Under the pieces are notes generated by a model, which saw only the letters and a list, made by a program, of their open reading frames with translations, was not told the DNA's origin and did no database searches. This document shows, one piece after another, positions 40,290 through 51,874 of a stretch of DNA of 64,000 bases. The first letter of the stretch is position 1. Each line of letters starts with the position of its first letter. The stretch comes from Podospora anserina (taxonomy: Eukaryota): the NCBI GenBank assembly GCA_017654855.1, contig CM030337.1:744001-808000 (forward strand), in the 5' to 3' direction. The position numbers were made by a program, and so were the translations under genes.

Positions 40290-42089
40290 ATGGCCACCCT
40301 CTCTTCCACGACGGTCCTCGTCGCCGCTCTCCTGGCCACAACCACCCTTGCGCAATCCAACGTGCGAGTCTGGTCCTCCGTCGCTTGGATCCTCTACGGC
40401 GACCGCACCCCTTTGCTGTCAGACAACCCAACCCTCACCCCCCTCGGCGCGCAACAGCTCAAAGCCCAAGGCGCCGCCCTGCGAACCCGTTACCTTTGGA
40501 AATCCTCCCCTGACGACGACGACGACGACGACGACGATGACATCGATAGTAACGGCCTCGACGACATCGCCCCCATCCACGGAATAGAGCAATACACCAT
40601 CAACAACCGCCAGCTCAGAGCCATGTCCACCACCGACACCTACAACATCGCCTCGGCCATGGCCTTCTTCCAAGGCCTCTACCCCCCCACCACCATCAAA
40701 CCCTCCAACTCCACCGGCGGTGCCATCGCCGCCACCCTAGCAAACGGAACAACAATGACCTACCCCCTCGACGGCTACCAATACCCCCAAATCCAAACCC
40801 TCTCCCGCCTCTTCAACCCAGACTCCATCTACCTCGACGGCTCCTCCCACTGCCCTTCCTTTTTGCAGTCCATGGCCAGTTTTCCAAGCGAAGAAACCCC
40901 CTCGTCCAACCTCTCCACCTCGTCCTCCTTTTACGCAAGCCTCTACGCCCGCATCTTCAACTCTTCCTCCCTGCCCTTGGACCAGCTCGACTTTCTTCAG
41001 GCCTACAACATCTACGACTACGCCGCCTACCACCACCTCCACAACCCGTTGCTATCTCCCCTTTTTGCCGAAGGTGAACTTCCCCGCCTCCGCTCCCTGG
41101 CCTCGAGCGAAATCCGCTCCCGCCACGGGAACCTCTCCCTCCCCATCAGGACCATCGCCGGGCGCACCTTGGCAAGCTACACAAAATCCCTGCTGGTAGA
41201 CAACATCCGTTCGGCGGGTTCCACCAGCAAGCTCAACCTCCTCTTTTCGTCATTCGAGCCCTTTGTTGCGTTTTTTGCGCTGTCGAGGCTGGATGCAGGC
41301 GCGAGCAGGGAGCTGTTTCGTGAGCTCCCTTACCCGGGGGCGGTGATGCTTTTTGAGCTCTTCAGCACGGTGAATACGACCAAGGGGAGGGATGGGGAGG
41401 AGGAGTACCCCGAGGTTAAGGACCTGAAGGTGAGGTTTCTGTATAGGAATTCCAGTGCGAGCGAGGCGAGGTTGAGGGTTTATAGTTTGTTTGAGACGGG
41501 GGTGAACTACCCGACTTTGGAGTTTTTGGATTTTGAGAGGAAGATGGGGGTGGGGGGGTCAAGGGGGGTGGGAGGGGTGGTGTGGGGGAGTTGTGGGTCG
41601 GGGGGTTGGGTTTTGTGAGAGGCGGGGTGCTGTTGATGATGATGAGGGGGGGTGGAAGGGGAGGTGTTATGGACGGAGTGGAAGGGGGATGGATCCTGCT
41701 GCTGCGGGGGCGGTTGGGGCGGCGGTCACGGTTGGGGTTTTGGGGTTGGTGACGGGGTTGGTGATGTGGAGGGGGGGGGTGAGGTTTTGTGCTGTTGGGA
41801 GGGGGGATGGGTTGAAGGGGGGTTCAAGGGGGATAGGAAGGGTGGGGATCAGGATGTGGAGTACGTCGGACGGGGGCAGAAGAAGGAGAGGGTGGGGAGT
41901 TGGGAGTTGAGGAATGGGAAGAAGGTGGTGGAGGGGGTTGGTGAGGGGGTGGAGGAAACGGGGACGGGGGCGAGGGTGGAGGTGCCTGATCGGAGTCATT
42001 TACGGGCTATGGGGGGGAGATGGGAAGAGGATGATGATGATCGGTTGAGTTTGTATGGGCGGGAGCCGGTGAAAGCGCGGGAGTTTTAG
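40290..42089 (+). CDS. Signal peptide + histidine acid phosphatase-fold domain + TM helix + cytoplasmic tail; apparent frameshifts in G runs at about 41545-41610 and 41815
   Basis: LYGDRTP (RHGxRxP position), LTPLGAQQL, YPLDGYQYP, RTIAGRTLA and KLNLLFSSFEPF motifs; TM helix ([18 protein letters not shown]) and tail (GGFKG...ERVGSWEL) lie in different frames. Confidence 0.75.
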
Positions 42090-42650
42090 GTCTGAGTTTT
42101 TGGGTGAAGGGTAATGGGAGTTGGGATAGGTTGAAGGATGAGGCTGTTTTTTGGTCTCCTTCTGGCATTCTCTTGATACCCCGTTTTTTTTTTTCTTCTT
42201 CTTCTTCTTCTTCTTCAGGTTGGAGTATACGTTCGTTTACTGGGTTGTTCTTTCGTTTGATGGGATGTGGAAGTTGAATACAAGAGATGGATGGATAGAC
42301 CTTGCTTCTGTTGAGGATGGCGTTTTGGATATTTGAGGTTGACGTCTTGTGAAGGGGGATCGATTGGGCATAGGGGCTTTGCATAAGGAGTTGAATTGTT
42401 TGACAGTCAGTACCTAGGGAATATGATATACCGCTGCTTTCACACTTCGATTTCTCCAACTACTTTGGTGGTATCTCCAAGAGTGTGCAAACTCATGTGA
42501 ACACTAAAGCTGGTGCCCAGCTGTTCATCCTGGGCAACAGATCTCAGTCTAACACCACATATGCACAATCAAGACGACAAAACACTATTCATTCCCGCCA
42601 ACCGCGTGGCAACAGTCGCAGCAGCGGCGGGTAGCAACGGAGGCCAGGTC

Positions 42651-42714
42651 AAAAAAAATAAAAAATAAAGAATAAAAAAAATAAAAAATAAAACATAAAA
42701 AATAAAAAATATAA
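42651..42714. repeat. A-rich low-complexity tract (A5-8T units)
   Basis: Directly visible. Confidence 0.8.
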
Positions 42715-43626
42715 ACGTGGTCACTAGGAAAACTGCGGACTGTGCCGCTGACCACTGGTGTCGTGTATTGCAGGGCCCGGAACTTGTGCTATCGGACATC
42801 CCGCAGGATCTTTTGTGTGGGGTAATCTTGGGATGTTTGTTTGAGAAGTGAATCCATGTGCGAGCGTAAGGAATTCGCATGTTCTATAAGAAGTCAACTT
42901 GAGTGAGAGAGAGAGAGAGAGGAAGGGGGTCGCTTACCTGACAGATCGGACAGAGCAAGCCACGTGGCTTGCGAGTAGGAGATCTTGGTTTTTCGGAGAG
43001 AGGGAGATTGGCGTGCGGCGTAGGGGGAGGGTGTCCGAGATTGAGGTTGTGTTGAGGATGGAAACTGTATCGGTAAAGTAGGTAGCGAAGATTGACCTCC
43101 TCGGTAAGGCCGGTTGTGGATTGCGTTTTTCTTGAGTGAGGCCGAGGTGCCTGTGCGGTTCAGAGGTAAAGGAACGAGGAGGTGTGTACTCAGCGGAAGG
43201 AAAACGAGATGCCGGAGAAACAATATCAACAACCTCCGGCTGGGACCGGCACCGGTCCGACAGTCCCGGCTCACCTCCGGCGTCTCATATCCAATGACGT
43301 CAATCTAGCTGAGAAAGCAATGTTATCCAAAACGCACAGAATGAAATGGAGAAAGTAAAAACATCAAAAGCCAGGAAATAGCAACAAAAAAACAAAAGAA
43401 GTGACGAGAAAAAGCAGGGGTATCATTCTCTAGCGCCAACTCCGGCTATCCTTCCCTCCTCAGCCCAAGCAACCCGTCCTCCTTCCTCGGTCCCACATCT
43501 ACCACCCTCTGTTCTCCGTATTGATGCCCTAGGTTACCCATGGATACCTCGACCATCCCTTGCAATGGCGCAAAGTTTGATCATGCAAAACGAGTTGCTG
43601 CTGTTGATGTGTGCCAGTGACTCGTC

Positions 43627-44336
43627 TTAGTCCTTCTTGCACACGCCATCATCGCAGATGACACGGAAACCCTATCACAAACACATTCAGTATATCTTCG
43701 CTCTTCTCACAAATCATCATCAACTCCCGTCCAACTCACCAAAAGCTTCCCCGGCTTCCCCTCCTTGGCACAATCCGCTCCCCCCGCAATAGGGAAGTGT
43801 CTCTTGAGCGTCGGCAAAAACGTCGTAGGCGAAGAATTAAACATGATCGGCCCGTTGGGAGCTCTCTTGCGGAAGTAGTGAATGGTATCCTCGAACCTCT
43901 CTGTCAGACCCACATCCGTAGTCCCGCGCTCCCCGAAGCCAACTCCGGTGCCATCCCAGCAGTCAATATCCGCGAATTGCGCCTCCAGCACGGAAAGGGG
44001 CTGCTCGGGACCAAAGAGGACCATACGGATGTTGTAGCCGGAGTTGACGAGGAGATTGGTGTCGTTTGCGAGGATGGCTTCGATCATTTTGGGGTCGAAT
44101 CCGCCGGCTTTGACGATGGGGTGGTAAGGGGGGATGCCGACCAGGAGGAGGTTGGCTTCGCCGCATTGGACGGGGCGGGGGTGGAAGAGGAATTTGTCGA
44201 TGTTGGCGTTGTTGACATCGGTGGTGTTGTCCACGGCGCGGGGGGTATGGCTGATGCGGGGGATGGTCAGGAGGTGGCCGATGTTGATGGCCATGACTGT
44301 GGTCAGGAGGACCAGGGTGAGGAGGAAGTTGATCAT
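43627..44336 (-). CDS. Small secreted protein of unknown function, about 213 aa; intron 43672-43739
   Basis: Hydrophobic N-terminus MINFLLTLVLLTTVMA; biased codons; GTGAGT...TAG intron adds C-terminus GFRVICDDGVCKKD. Confidence 0.8.
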
Positions 44337-45993
44337 GATGATTAGGTCGTGGACCAAATAGCGTAGGATTGGGAACTTCAGGTGCATTGGTGGGATGGAG
44401 AAGAGAGAGGGTTGTGAGGAGAGGTTTGGTGGCAGTGAAAGCAGACCAGAGCTGTGCGGACTGAGTTGTTGTTGTGGTTGAAAGAGAGACGGCAGAAGAA
44501 GGGAAAGGAGGAGAGAATAAATACTCGAGGATCCTGTGATTCACCCTGAAGAGAGATCTGCTTTAGTCGCTGCTTGCTCTCGACACCCAGATCAGACGAA
44601 TCAGGTGAACGGAGTGAACAGTGAATATATCACGAGAGCAGCGTACAGTACGTATCCTGGGGCGTGATCAACACTTGCTCCGCTTCCTGGTCAGTTTTGG
44701 CGGTGAATGGCTGTCAAATAATTTCATCTGATGTCTGAACTTCGCCCTTTTATCTCTTCAGCTTCGTCGGCGCTTCAGCGAAAGACATGGTAAGTGAATA
44801 GTTATGTGCTTGAAACAAGTCAGTATAAAGCCAATGAGAGACTCTCTTGTCAGTGAATAAGGTGCCAACAAGCAGAATTGAATGAGATATGAGGATGTGC
44901 TGGCAACGGGGGAGAAGGAGATATACTACTAGAATCACAGCAGAGAGATGAAAATGACCACGATGGCAGCGGGGTATATTGGGTGAATCATGTCATTTAT
45001 CAAGCGATAACTCTCCGTGACCACTCCCTCTTGGTGTGAGAGAGAGCCCCGTGAATGGGACCTGGGAGAAAGGCAACCCAGTGATCAATCACAGAAATAA
45101 TTCACACCTACGGAAGCCAAGGGTGCTGATAGTCTCGGTCTTCCAAAGAACAAAGCAGCTGTGGTTTGCTCCACGTCCCTATCCTCGAGTCTCAAACTAG
45201 GTATCCATTAATGGAACCCATGGGAAGACGCCGTTTACATCATACATGCACCCATCTCGACCAAGCTGTTGAGGCACCAGAATCTTTGTGACCCATATTC
45301 ATTCACAATCAGGTCCCCTGATGATATCTCGACCTTGTAGCATTGGCCAAAGTCCAACCTAAAAAACAGAAGCGGACACTTAATTCTGACGGTAATACAA
45401 GCCAGCCCAACGCGCCGGTGAGGTCAACTGCAAGACCCAGACCACATAGGCACAATTGGGCCGGTGCTCAAGCGCGACAGCACTGAGTGGAAACACCTGC
45501 CAGCCAGACTTACACCAAAGATCCGGCGGCGATATTCCCACTTCGCAGTTTACCATCAAATATCACAACAACAAAAATATAATCCCCTCCCATTCACCAC
45601 AAAGGCTAAAATCAACTGCAACAGTGCTATAGAAGAACCAAGTAAGAAAGCGAAGGTGGTATCAGGTATCATGAACCAAAAAGTCCTAGCAACTACCAAT
45701 CCAAAAAACCAAGACGCAAACTGCCAAGATGGCATCTCTCTCGCTGGGACGCTCTCTCTTCTCATAACCCCCCTCATTAAACCATTGTCATCATGCCAAT
45801 CCATGACTCACTTCCTTCCACCCATTCCGATCCATGTACAAAAAAAAGGGGGTATCGACTGTGATCGCGGCGGCGGGGTATAGTAAAATCATAATGTTGT
45901 ATCGTTTCGTCTCTTTTTTCGTGTGTGTTTTTTTCTTTTCCCGCTCATTTTCATGATTTGGTCTTCAGAAATCTCCGTCATCAACCATTCGAC

Positions 45994-47111
45994 TCAGATA
46001 TTCTCAATAATCCGGGCATTAATCGCCTGCTGAAAGCCGGGATCAGTGCTGCTGCTCCCCTCGTCAAAAGTGTTGTAGTTCTTGTTTCCCGACCCCCCAG
46101 CCAGCGAATTCTCGAATTGTTGGGTGCTCGGCATAGTCTGATTAACAGCAGGCAAGAAAATAACCTTGCTGTTCGCACTCTTGGCCATGGCCTGCATCGC
46201 CTCCAGGTAGCGAATCTGCATGGCAGGGGCGGAAGACAAGATATCAGCCGCCTGCCTCATCAGCTTGGCAGCCTCGACCTCTGCCTTGGCGGCAATGATC
46301 TTGCTTTCACCGATCCTCTTGGACTGGGCGGCCATGGAAAGAGATTCCTGGAGTTCGTTGCTGAAGATGATGTCCTTAATGAGCATGCTCTCCACCTGGA
46401 CACCCCAGCCGGCGGCGACGTCTTCGATGATTTCTCCGATGGACTGGGCGAGTTCCTCGCGGCGCTCGATGACGTCTTGGAGGACGCGGGCGCCGACGAC
46501 GTGGCGGAGGGTGGTTTGGGTGCGCTCGATGAGGGCTTGGCGGACGTTGGTGATGCCGAAGGCGGCCTTGTGGGGGGCTACGATGTGGTAGTAGATGACC
46601 GAGGTGAGGTGGACACTGACGTTGTCTTTGGTCATGCAGACTTGCTTGGGGACTTCGACGATCTGGATCTTGACGTCGACTTGGATGAGGTTCTCGGACA
46701 AGGGGTTGACTTTGACGAGACCGGGGTCGACAGCCTTGTAGAACTTGCCGAACTTGGTGACGAGACCGACGTGGCCTTGGCCGACGGATTTATATGGGTT
46801 GGGGCAGCAGACGCAGCATGGGACTGCACCGAGGGTGCCGATGAGAGTACCGATGCCGTTAACTAGAGGGTTGAGTGGTGTTAGCTGCGGTGAAGCTCCC
46901 GAAGTTTGTGTTGCTGTATCATCAAGTACATACCCATGCTGCCATACCAGCCCTTGGGGTTAGCATTTGCGTCGACGACCGTGGCATAGCTTCTCTGCAA
47001 ATCCTCAGGCTTGGGAGGAACCACAGCTACCATGTTGCCTTGAGGCTTGAAACCGCCATTGAGTGTCTCTGAGCCCTTGCCCTTGGGGATGCTCTGAGTG
47101 TCGCTGGACAT
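45994..47111 (-). CDS. Stomatin-family SPFH/band 7 protein, about 348 aa; intron 46863-46933
   Basis: AVPCCVCCPNPY, QVCMTKDNVSV, TQTTLRHVVG, WGVQVESMLIKDI and AMQIRYLEAM motifs. Confidence 0.93.
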
Positions 47112-47595
47112 GTTGGGGGATGGCGATGAATTTCGGGAAGGCGTCAGATGGTTAGACTTTCTAGAATGTCGATCTGGCTAGACGGGAAACGGAGGATGTG
47201 CCACAAGTCTTATACGTCCCGAGACGAAGGAACAGCTCGGGGGATGGCGGATGGTCAGGAGACTGAAGAGCAGCTTTGGCGGGGCAGAGAGCTCTCGATG
47301 GCGGCAGGGATATGGTGGGTCCATGCAATGGCAATGGGCGATGGCCCACTGTGGGTCTGGGGATCGCCCCACCAGGCTGCCATCCGTTAAACACCGGGCC
47401 GTGCCCAGCGAGCCTACGCCCGACCCAACAGCACTTTTTACAAGCCACAAGATGTCCGAATTCCTACACACGAAAGATACGAGCAGACAGTGCTGCTCTC
47501 GGAGAGGCTCTGTTCCATAATTCTCTCACGCCCAAACTGGCTTCTATCCCGATTCAAGGTCGCAGATTTTAAAAACCTCATGGCCTGATGAGCTA

Positions 47596-47618
47596 CACAC
47601 ACACACACACACACACAC
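47596..47618. repeat. (CA)n microsatellite
   Basis: About 11-12 units. Confidence 0.85.
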
Positions 47619-49805
47619 AGTGCAAGAGACGATCGGCTGGCCAGCATCAATGGATTGCCAAGGTCTTGGGGTGTGGTTTGCACAGCACACCACTTCCAGA
47701 TACAGAGGTCATGACGCAGTTCTACAGTCAACCGCACTCCCGCAACGATTGAGTTGAAGGGCAGCAAAAATTGGATCGGTGGCTGTGCAAAGCTCTCTGC
47801 TTTTACGAAGTGCCGAATTCCGACGACGGCCGTGTTTTGTTCACCACCAACGGATGAGGTTGCGCTGGATAATGTCACTCGGTGATTTTGACTGCCAACT
47901 GGGGCGGACACCGCTCGGACAACAGGTCTGGTATGACACATGGAATGTAACACAGCATGACAGCATGTTGTGTCTAGTTCTACTGTCTAGCGTTCCTTCC
48001 GAAGCCATCATGGTCAAAAGAATGCCTCGTCCATCTTCAGGAACATGCGCCTTGGCAACGCCGCAATTGTTAGGCCTGTCGAGGGGTTGGCCATCATTTT
48101 CAGTATCACATGAGGTAGAGCCAAGAACAATGCGAACTCCGAGCTCGAATAAGCAAGGGGCAAAAGCATGCCATGGAATAAGCCCAGGTCCCTCAACCGT
48201 CACCCGGGAATAACAACCTCAACCTTCCATATGAGGAGGCCCGCACGTGGCTGATCATGTGGCAACTGGCATCTTTTTGTTTCCAGAAATCCTTCCACTT
48301 GGCATTTCCCGACGATCATTTTTTCAACTTTTTATACCAAGGCTGTGTGGGCTAATAGAACTATTATCGGGCTCATCGGGCTGCCAGTCAGCAAAACCGC
48401 CTTGGTGGCTTCGAGGCAGATTGGTCCGGGTACCGTGTAGGAATCTCAACACTGCAACAGCGCCATTGAAGGAGTGGATAGCCATCTGGTTTAGCTGGGT
48501 CTTGATGCTGACGGTGAGCTTTGTGACCAGGCATGCAATTTCCAAGCGCTGGCATAGCCGCTCATTCGATGGCATCAAGACCACGGACTATTGGGCTACC
48601 GCAAATACGAATGCATCGTGAAAGAGTTGGCCGGTTGCAATTCATCACTAATCGAGACGACGTCAACAAGGGTCGTCGAGCCGTTGGTGACATTCAAGTG
48701 TTAGCGAGTATGCTTCACGGGATAGAAAAGCTTTACCAACAGCTACACAGCCCCTAAAAGTATTGTAGCAAAAAGCATTACCTGTACGAGTTACCCAAAA
48801 CGTAAGTGCTGAATAAATCCAGTTCAATCTGGTAGCCAAGTTCATCTGTCTATCTGTCTTTAACATCTCTTCCAGTAGCATATATACAACATCGAACTGG
48901 TCGTTCCCCAATGGCCATAACAAAAACAATAAGTCCAATGCCAAAACAAAAGTTGACAAGAAAAGAAAGTCGCAAAAAAGAGCAAAAGCTCACCGGTCAA
49001 CCGCCTCGACCCACACCAAAGTGGAAGAAGGTGAATATCCCTTCGGGATATTCGAGGAGCTTACCACTAGGCCATTTGGCTCTGTGATTTGCCCGCTGCT
49101 CCTGTTGAATTCTGAGCGGTGGGAGAGGTGTATGTACTGGGGTTGCTCCTTTGCCTGCTTGTGTGGGAGTCGTGTGATGGTGTTGCTCTGGGTGAGAACC
49201 CTGATGGGCAGCTGCTGGGCCACTGCTCTGGACCATCAGCGAGACTCCCTCACTGCGAAGCTCATCATAAGAAGAGAATTAACATGATTGAATCTCTCGT
49301 CAACTCATGGTTAATGTCTAAATGCACAGTCCTCCCTCTTATCCTGTCCAGCACAGTCCCCGTAGCCATCCCCCCCCGGGCAATTATCGGATTTCCCCGG
49401 ATTTTTTTATGCCGATCATTCCTTGGCATTCGCGGCGCAGGCTACCAGCGGTTTGAAGGTCATTTGATCAACAACCTGGGAACCGTCAACCCATTCCAAG
49501 ACAACACAGTACGCACACAACACACCTCCATCACCGCTGTCGTGCAACGGTTTTGACACTTTTGTCTGGCGGTTGACACAATCGTTCCACAGAAACCTCG
49601 GAGACTTTTATTTACATCCTTGCACCATTAGCAATTCGTCTCACTCTTTCTTCGCAGTCTCGCGCGCGCGGTGACGTGGATGAAGATGCGCCAGGCAAGA
49701 AAGACGGTACACGCGATCTAGTTCTCTGGCGGGTAGGTATATCCGCCTGCGTGTGCCTGTTCCAACATCCTTCTCGATTTCTGACCTCCCGCAACCACCA
49801 TCACC

Positions 49806-51542
49806 ATGTCCTCAACCACCACCCCCCTCCTCCACCGCATCCCCTCCACCTCCACCCTCGGCCCCGCCAGCTCCGACACCACCTCCCTCCGCTCCCTCCC
49901 GTCCTCCCGCTACCGCCGCCGTCCCAGACCAACCGCCACCCGCCGCGCCCTCCTCCTCTCCTTCCTCTCCTCCCTCCTCTCCTCCCTCTCAGCCGGCTCG
50001 ATCACAATCTTCTCCCTCTACGCCCCCACCTTCCAATCAACCCTCCACTACTCCCAATACCGCATCAACGGCCTCGCCTCGGCCGCCTCCATCGCAATGT
50101 ACATGCCCGTCTCCCTCCTGGGCTACTACTGCGACCGCGTCGGCCCCGCCCCCCTCTCCCTCCTCTCCGCAGTCTTCTTCGGCCTCGGTTACGCAGGCGC
50201 GGCACTGTTCTTTTACTGGGGACAACAGGGGGATCCGGAGGGGGTGTACTGGGGCTTGGTGGGGAGTTTTGTCGGGATAGGGGTTGGCACGTGTAGCATG
50301 TACCTCAGTGCTGTGGCGACGTGCGCAAAGAATTTTGGGAGGGGGAGGCACAGGGGGTTGGCGTTGGCGGTGCCGATTGCGGCGTTTGGGTTAAGTGGCA
50401 TGTGGTTGAGTCAGGTGGGGGATAGGCTTTTTTCTTTGGACACACCCGGGGATTTGGGAGGGAAAAAGGTTGATGTTGTCAGGTTCTTTGGGTTTTTGGC
50501 TATATTGTTGGTGATCGTGGGGGTGGTTGGGGCGGTGGGGTTGAGGATAGTGGATGAGCAGGAGTTGATCGAGGAGGCGGTGGAAGAGCTAGAGAGGAGT
50601 GGGATCTTGGATGGGAGTCGGATGTTGGGGAATGGGGTTACGAGGGAGGGGTACGGGGGTGTGGATGTTGATGAGGAGCGAGAAGAGGAGGACATGATTG
50701 GGGCCGGGATTTTGGATCCGAGAAAAGAGCAGGAAGAGGATAAAAAGATCAAGACTTGGGTGTTGAATGCGGAGACGAGGAGGTTTTTGACGGACCATAC
50801 CATGTGGTTGTTTGCGTTTGGCTTCTTCTTCATGATTGGACCGGGGGAGGCGTTTATCAATAATATGGGGACCGTGATCAAGACGTTGTATGATCCGGAA
50901 TTGAGGGTTGGTGGTGGTGCTGGGGAGCATGAGACGTCTGCGGCGACCCATGTGAGCATTGTTGGGATCACGAGCACGATTGTCAGGCTGCTGACGGGGA
51001 CGTTGACGGATTTGCTCGCGCCGAGTCCGCAGGCGGGACATGTCCAGATTGCCTCCAGCACTGAACTTGAGAGAAAAAGATTCTCGGTTTCGAGGGTGGT
51101 GTTTTTGCTGTTTTTTGCCGTGATGCTTTCTCTGGGGCTGGCGGGGTTGGCGGCGGGGTGGGTGCAAGGCCACGGGGAGAGGTTCTGGGTGATTTCGGGG
51201 CTGGTCGGGGCCGGGTACGGCGCCGTGTTTAGCCTGACGCCCATCATCATCACGGTGATCTGGGGGGTGGAGAACTTTGCGACGAACTGGGGGATTGTGG
51301 CCATGTTTCCGGCGCTGGGGGCGACGATGTGGGGGTTGGTGTATTCGGCTGTTTACCAGGAGGGGGCGAGGAGGCAGTCGGTTGTTGGGGAAGAGGATGG
51401 GGGGGACAATCTGTGTTATGGGGTTGAGTGCTATGCGAGCGCGTTCTGGGCCATGGCGGGGAGTGTCTGGGTTGCGTGTGGGTTGGTGTTGTGGGCGTGG
51501 AAGGGGAGGGGTGGGTGGTCGCAGAGGGGGGTGGTGGTTTGA
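49806..51542 (+). CDS. MCH1: MFS transporter, Mch1-like, 578 aa, intronless
   Basis: AGSITIFSLYAP, MYLSAVATCAKNF, PIAAFGLSGMW, GPGEAFINNMG and WGVENFATNWG motifs. Confidence 0.85.
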   Translation: MSSTTTPLLHRIPSTSTLGPASSDTTSLRSLPSSRYRRRPRPTATRRALLLSFLSSLLSSLSAGSITIFSLYAPTFQSTLHYSQYRINGLASAASIAMYMPVSLLGYYCDRVGPAPLSLLSAVFFGLGYAGAALFFYWGQQGDPEGVYWGLVGSFVGIGVGTCSMYLSAVATCAKNFGRGRHRGLALAVPIAAFGLSGMWLSQVGDRLFSLDTPGDLGGKKVDVVRFFGFLAILLVIVGVVGAVGLRIVDEQELIEEAVEELERSGILDGSRMLGNGVTREGYGGVDVDEEREEEDMIGAGILDPRKEQEEDKKIKTWVLNAETRRFLTDHTMWLFAFGFFFMIGPGEAFINNMGTVIKTLYDPELRVGGGAGEHETSAATHVSIVGITSTIVRLLTGTLTDLLAPSPQAGHVQIASSTELERKRFSVSRVVFLLFFAVMLSLGLAGLAAGWVQGHGERFWVISGLVGAGYGAVFSLTPIIITVIWGVENFATNWGIVAMFPALGATMWGLVYSAVYQEGARRQSVVGEEDGGDNLCYGVECYASAFWAMAGSVWVACGLVLWAWKGRGGWSQRGVVV

Positions 51543-51874
51543 TGTTTTGGGAGAGGAGATGGATGGGTAAGCAAGTACATGATGGGAGCATTGGGCGGCG
51601 TTAGGATCTGGGACAGGGAACATGTCTGATATATTGTTTTCATTGTGATCAGGGGCGGCACTGTAAGCACAGTGCCCAAGCACAGTAAAGAACACTGTAG
51701 AAATTCTCACTTTTTGAATTCCGCTTTTGAGATGGCAACTCAGACTCATATCTTGTTCAACTCGACTCACCAATCAACACACTTACTCACTCGCATATTT
51801 CTTTCACACTCTCTTGTGAGTGACTTTGCGACTTTTATTCATTTCCCTTTTATACAAAACTCAAGTCCGACAAA

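Noticed and set aside
42415..42635. Protein-like stretch FDFSNYFGGISKSVQTHVNTKAGAQLFILGN
   Set aside because: No start codon or identifiable family; at most a tiny gene relic
48324..49236. Fragmentary minus-strand ORFs, one with LLTGSPM resembling SNF2 motif III
   Set aside because: Single weak motif with many stops and no other helicase motifs
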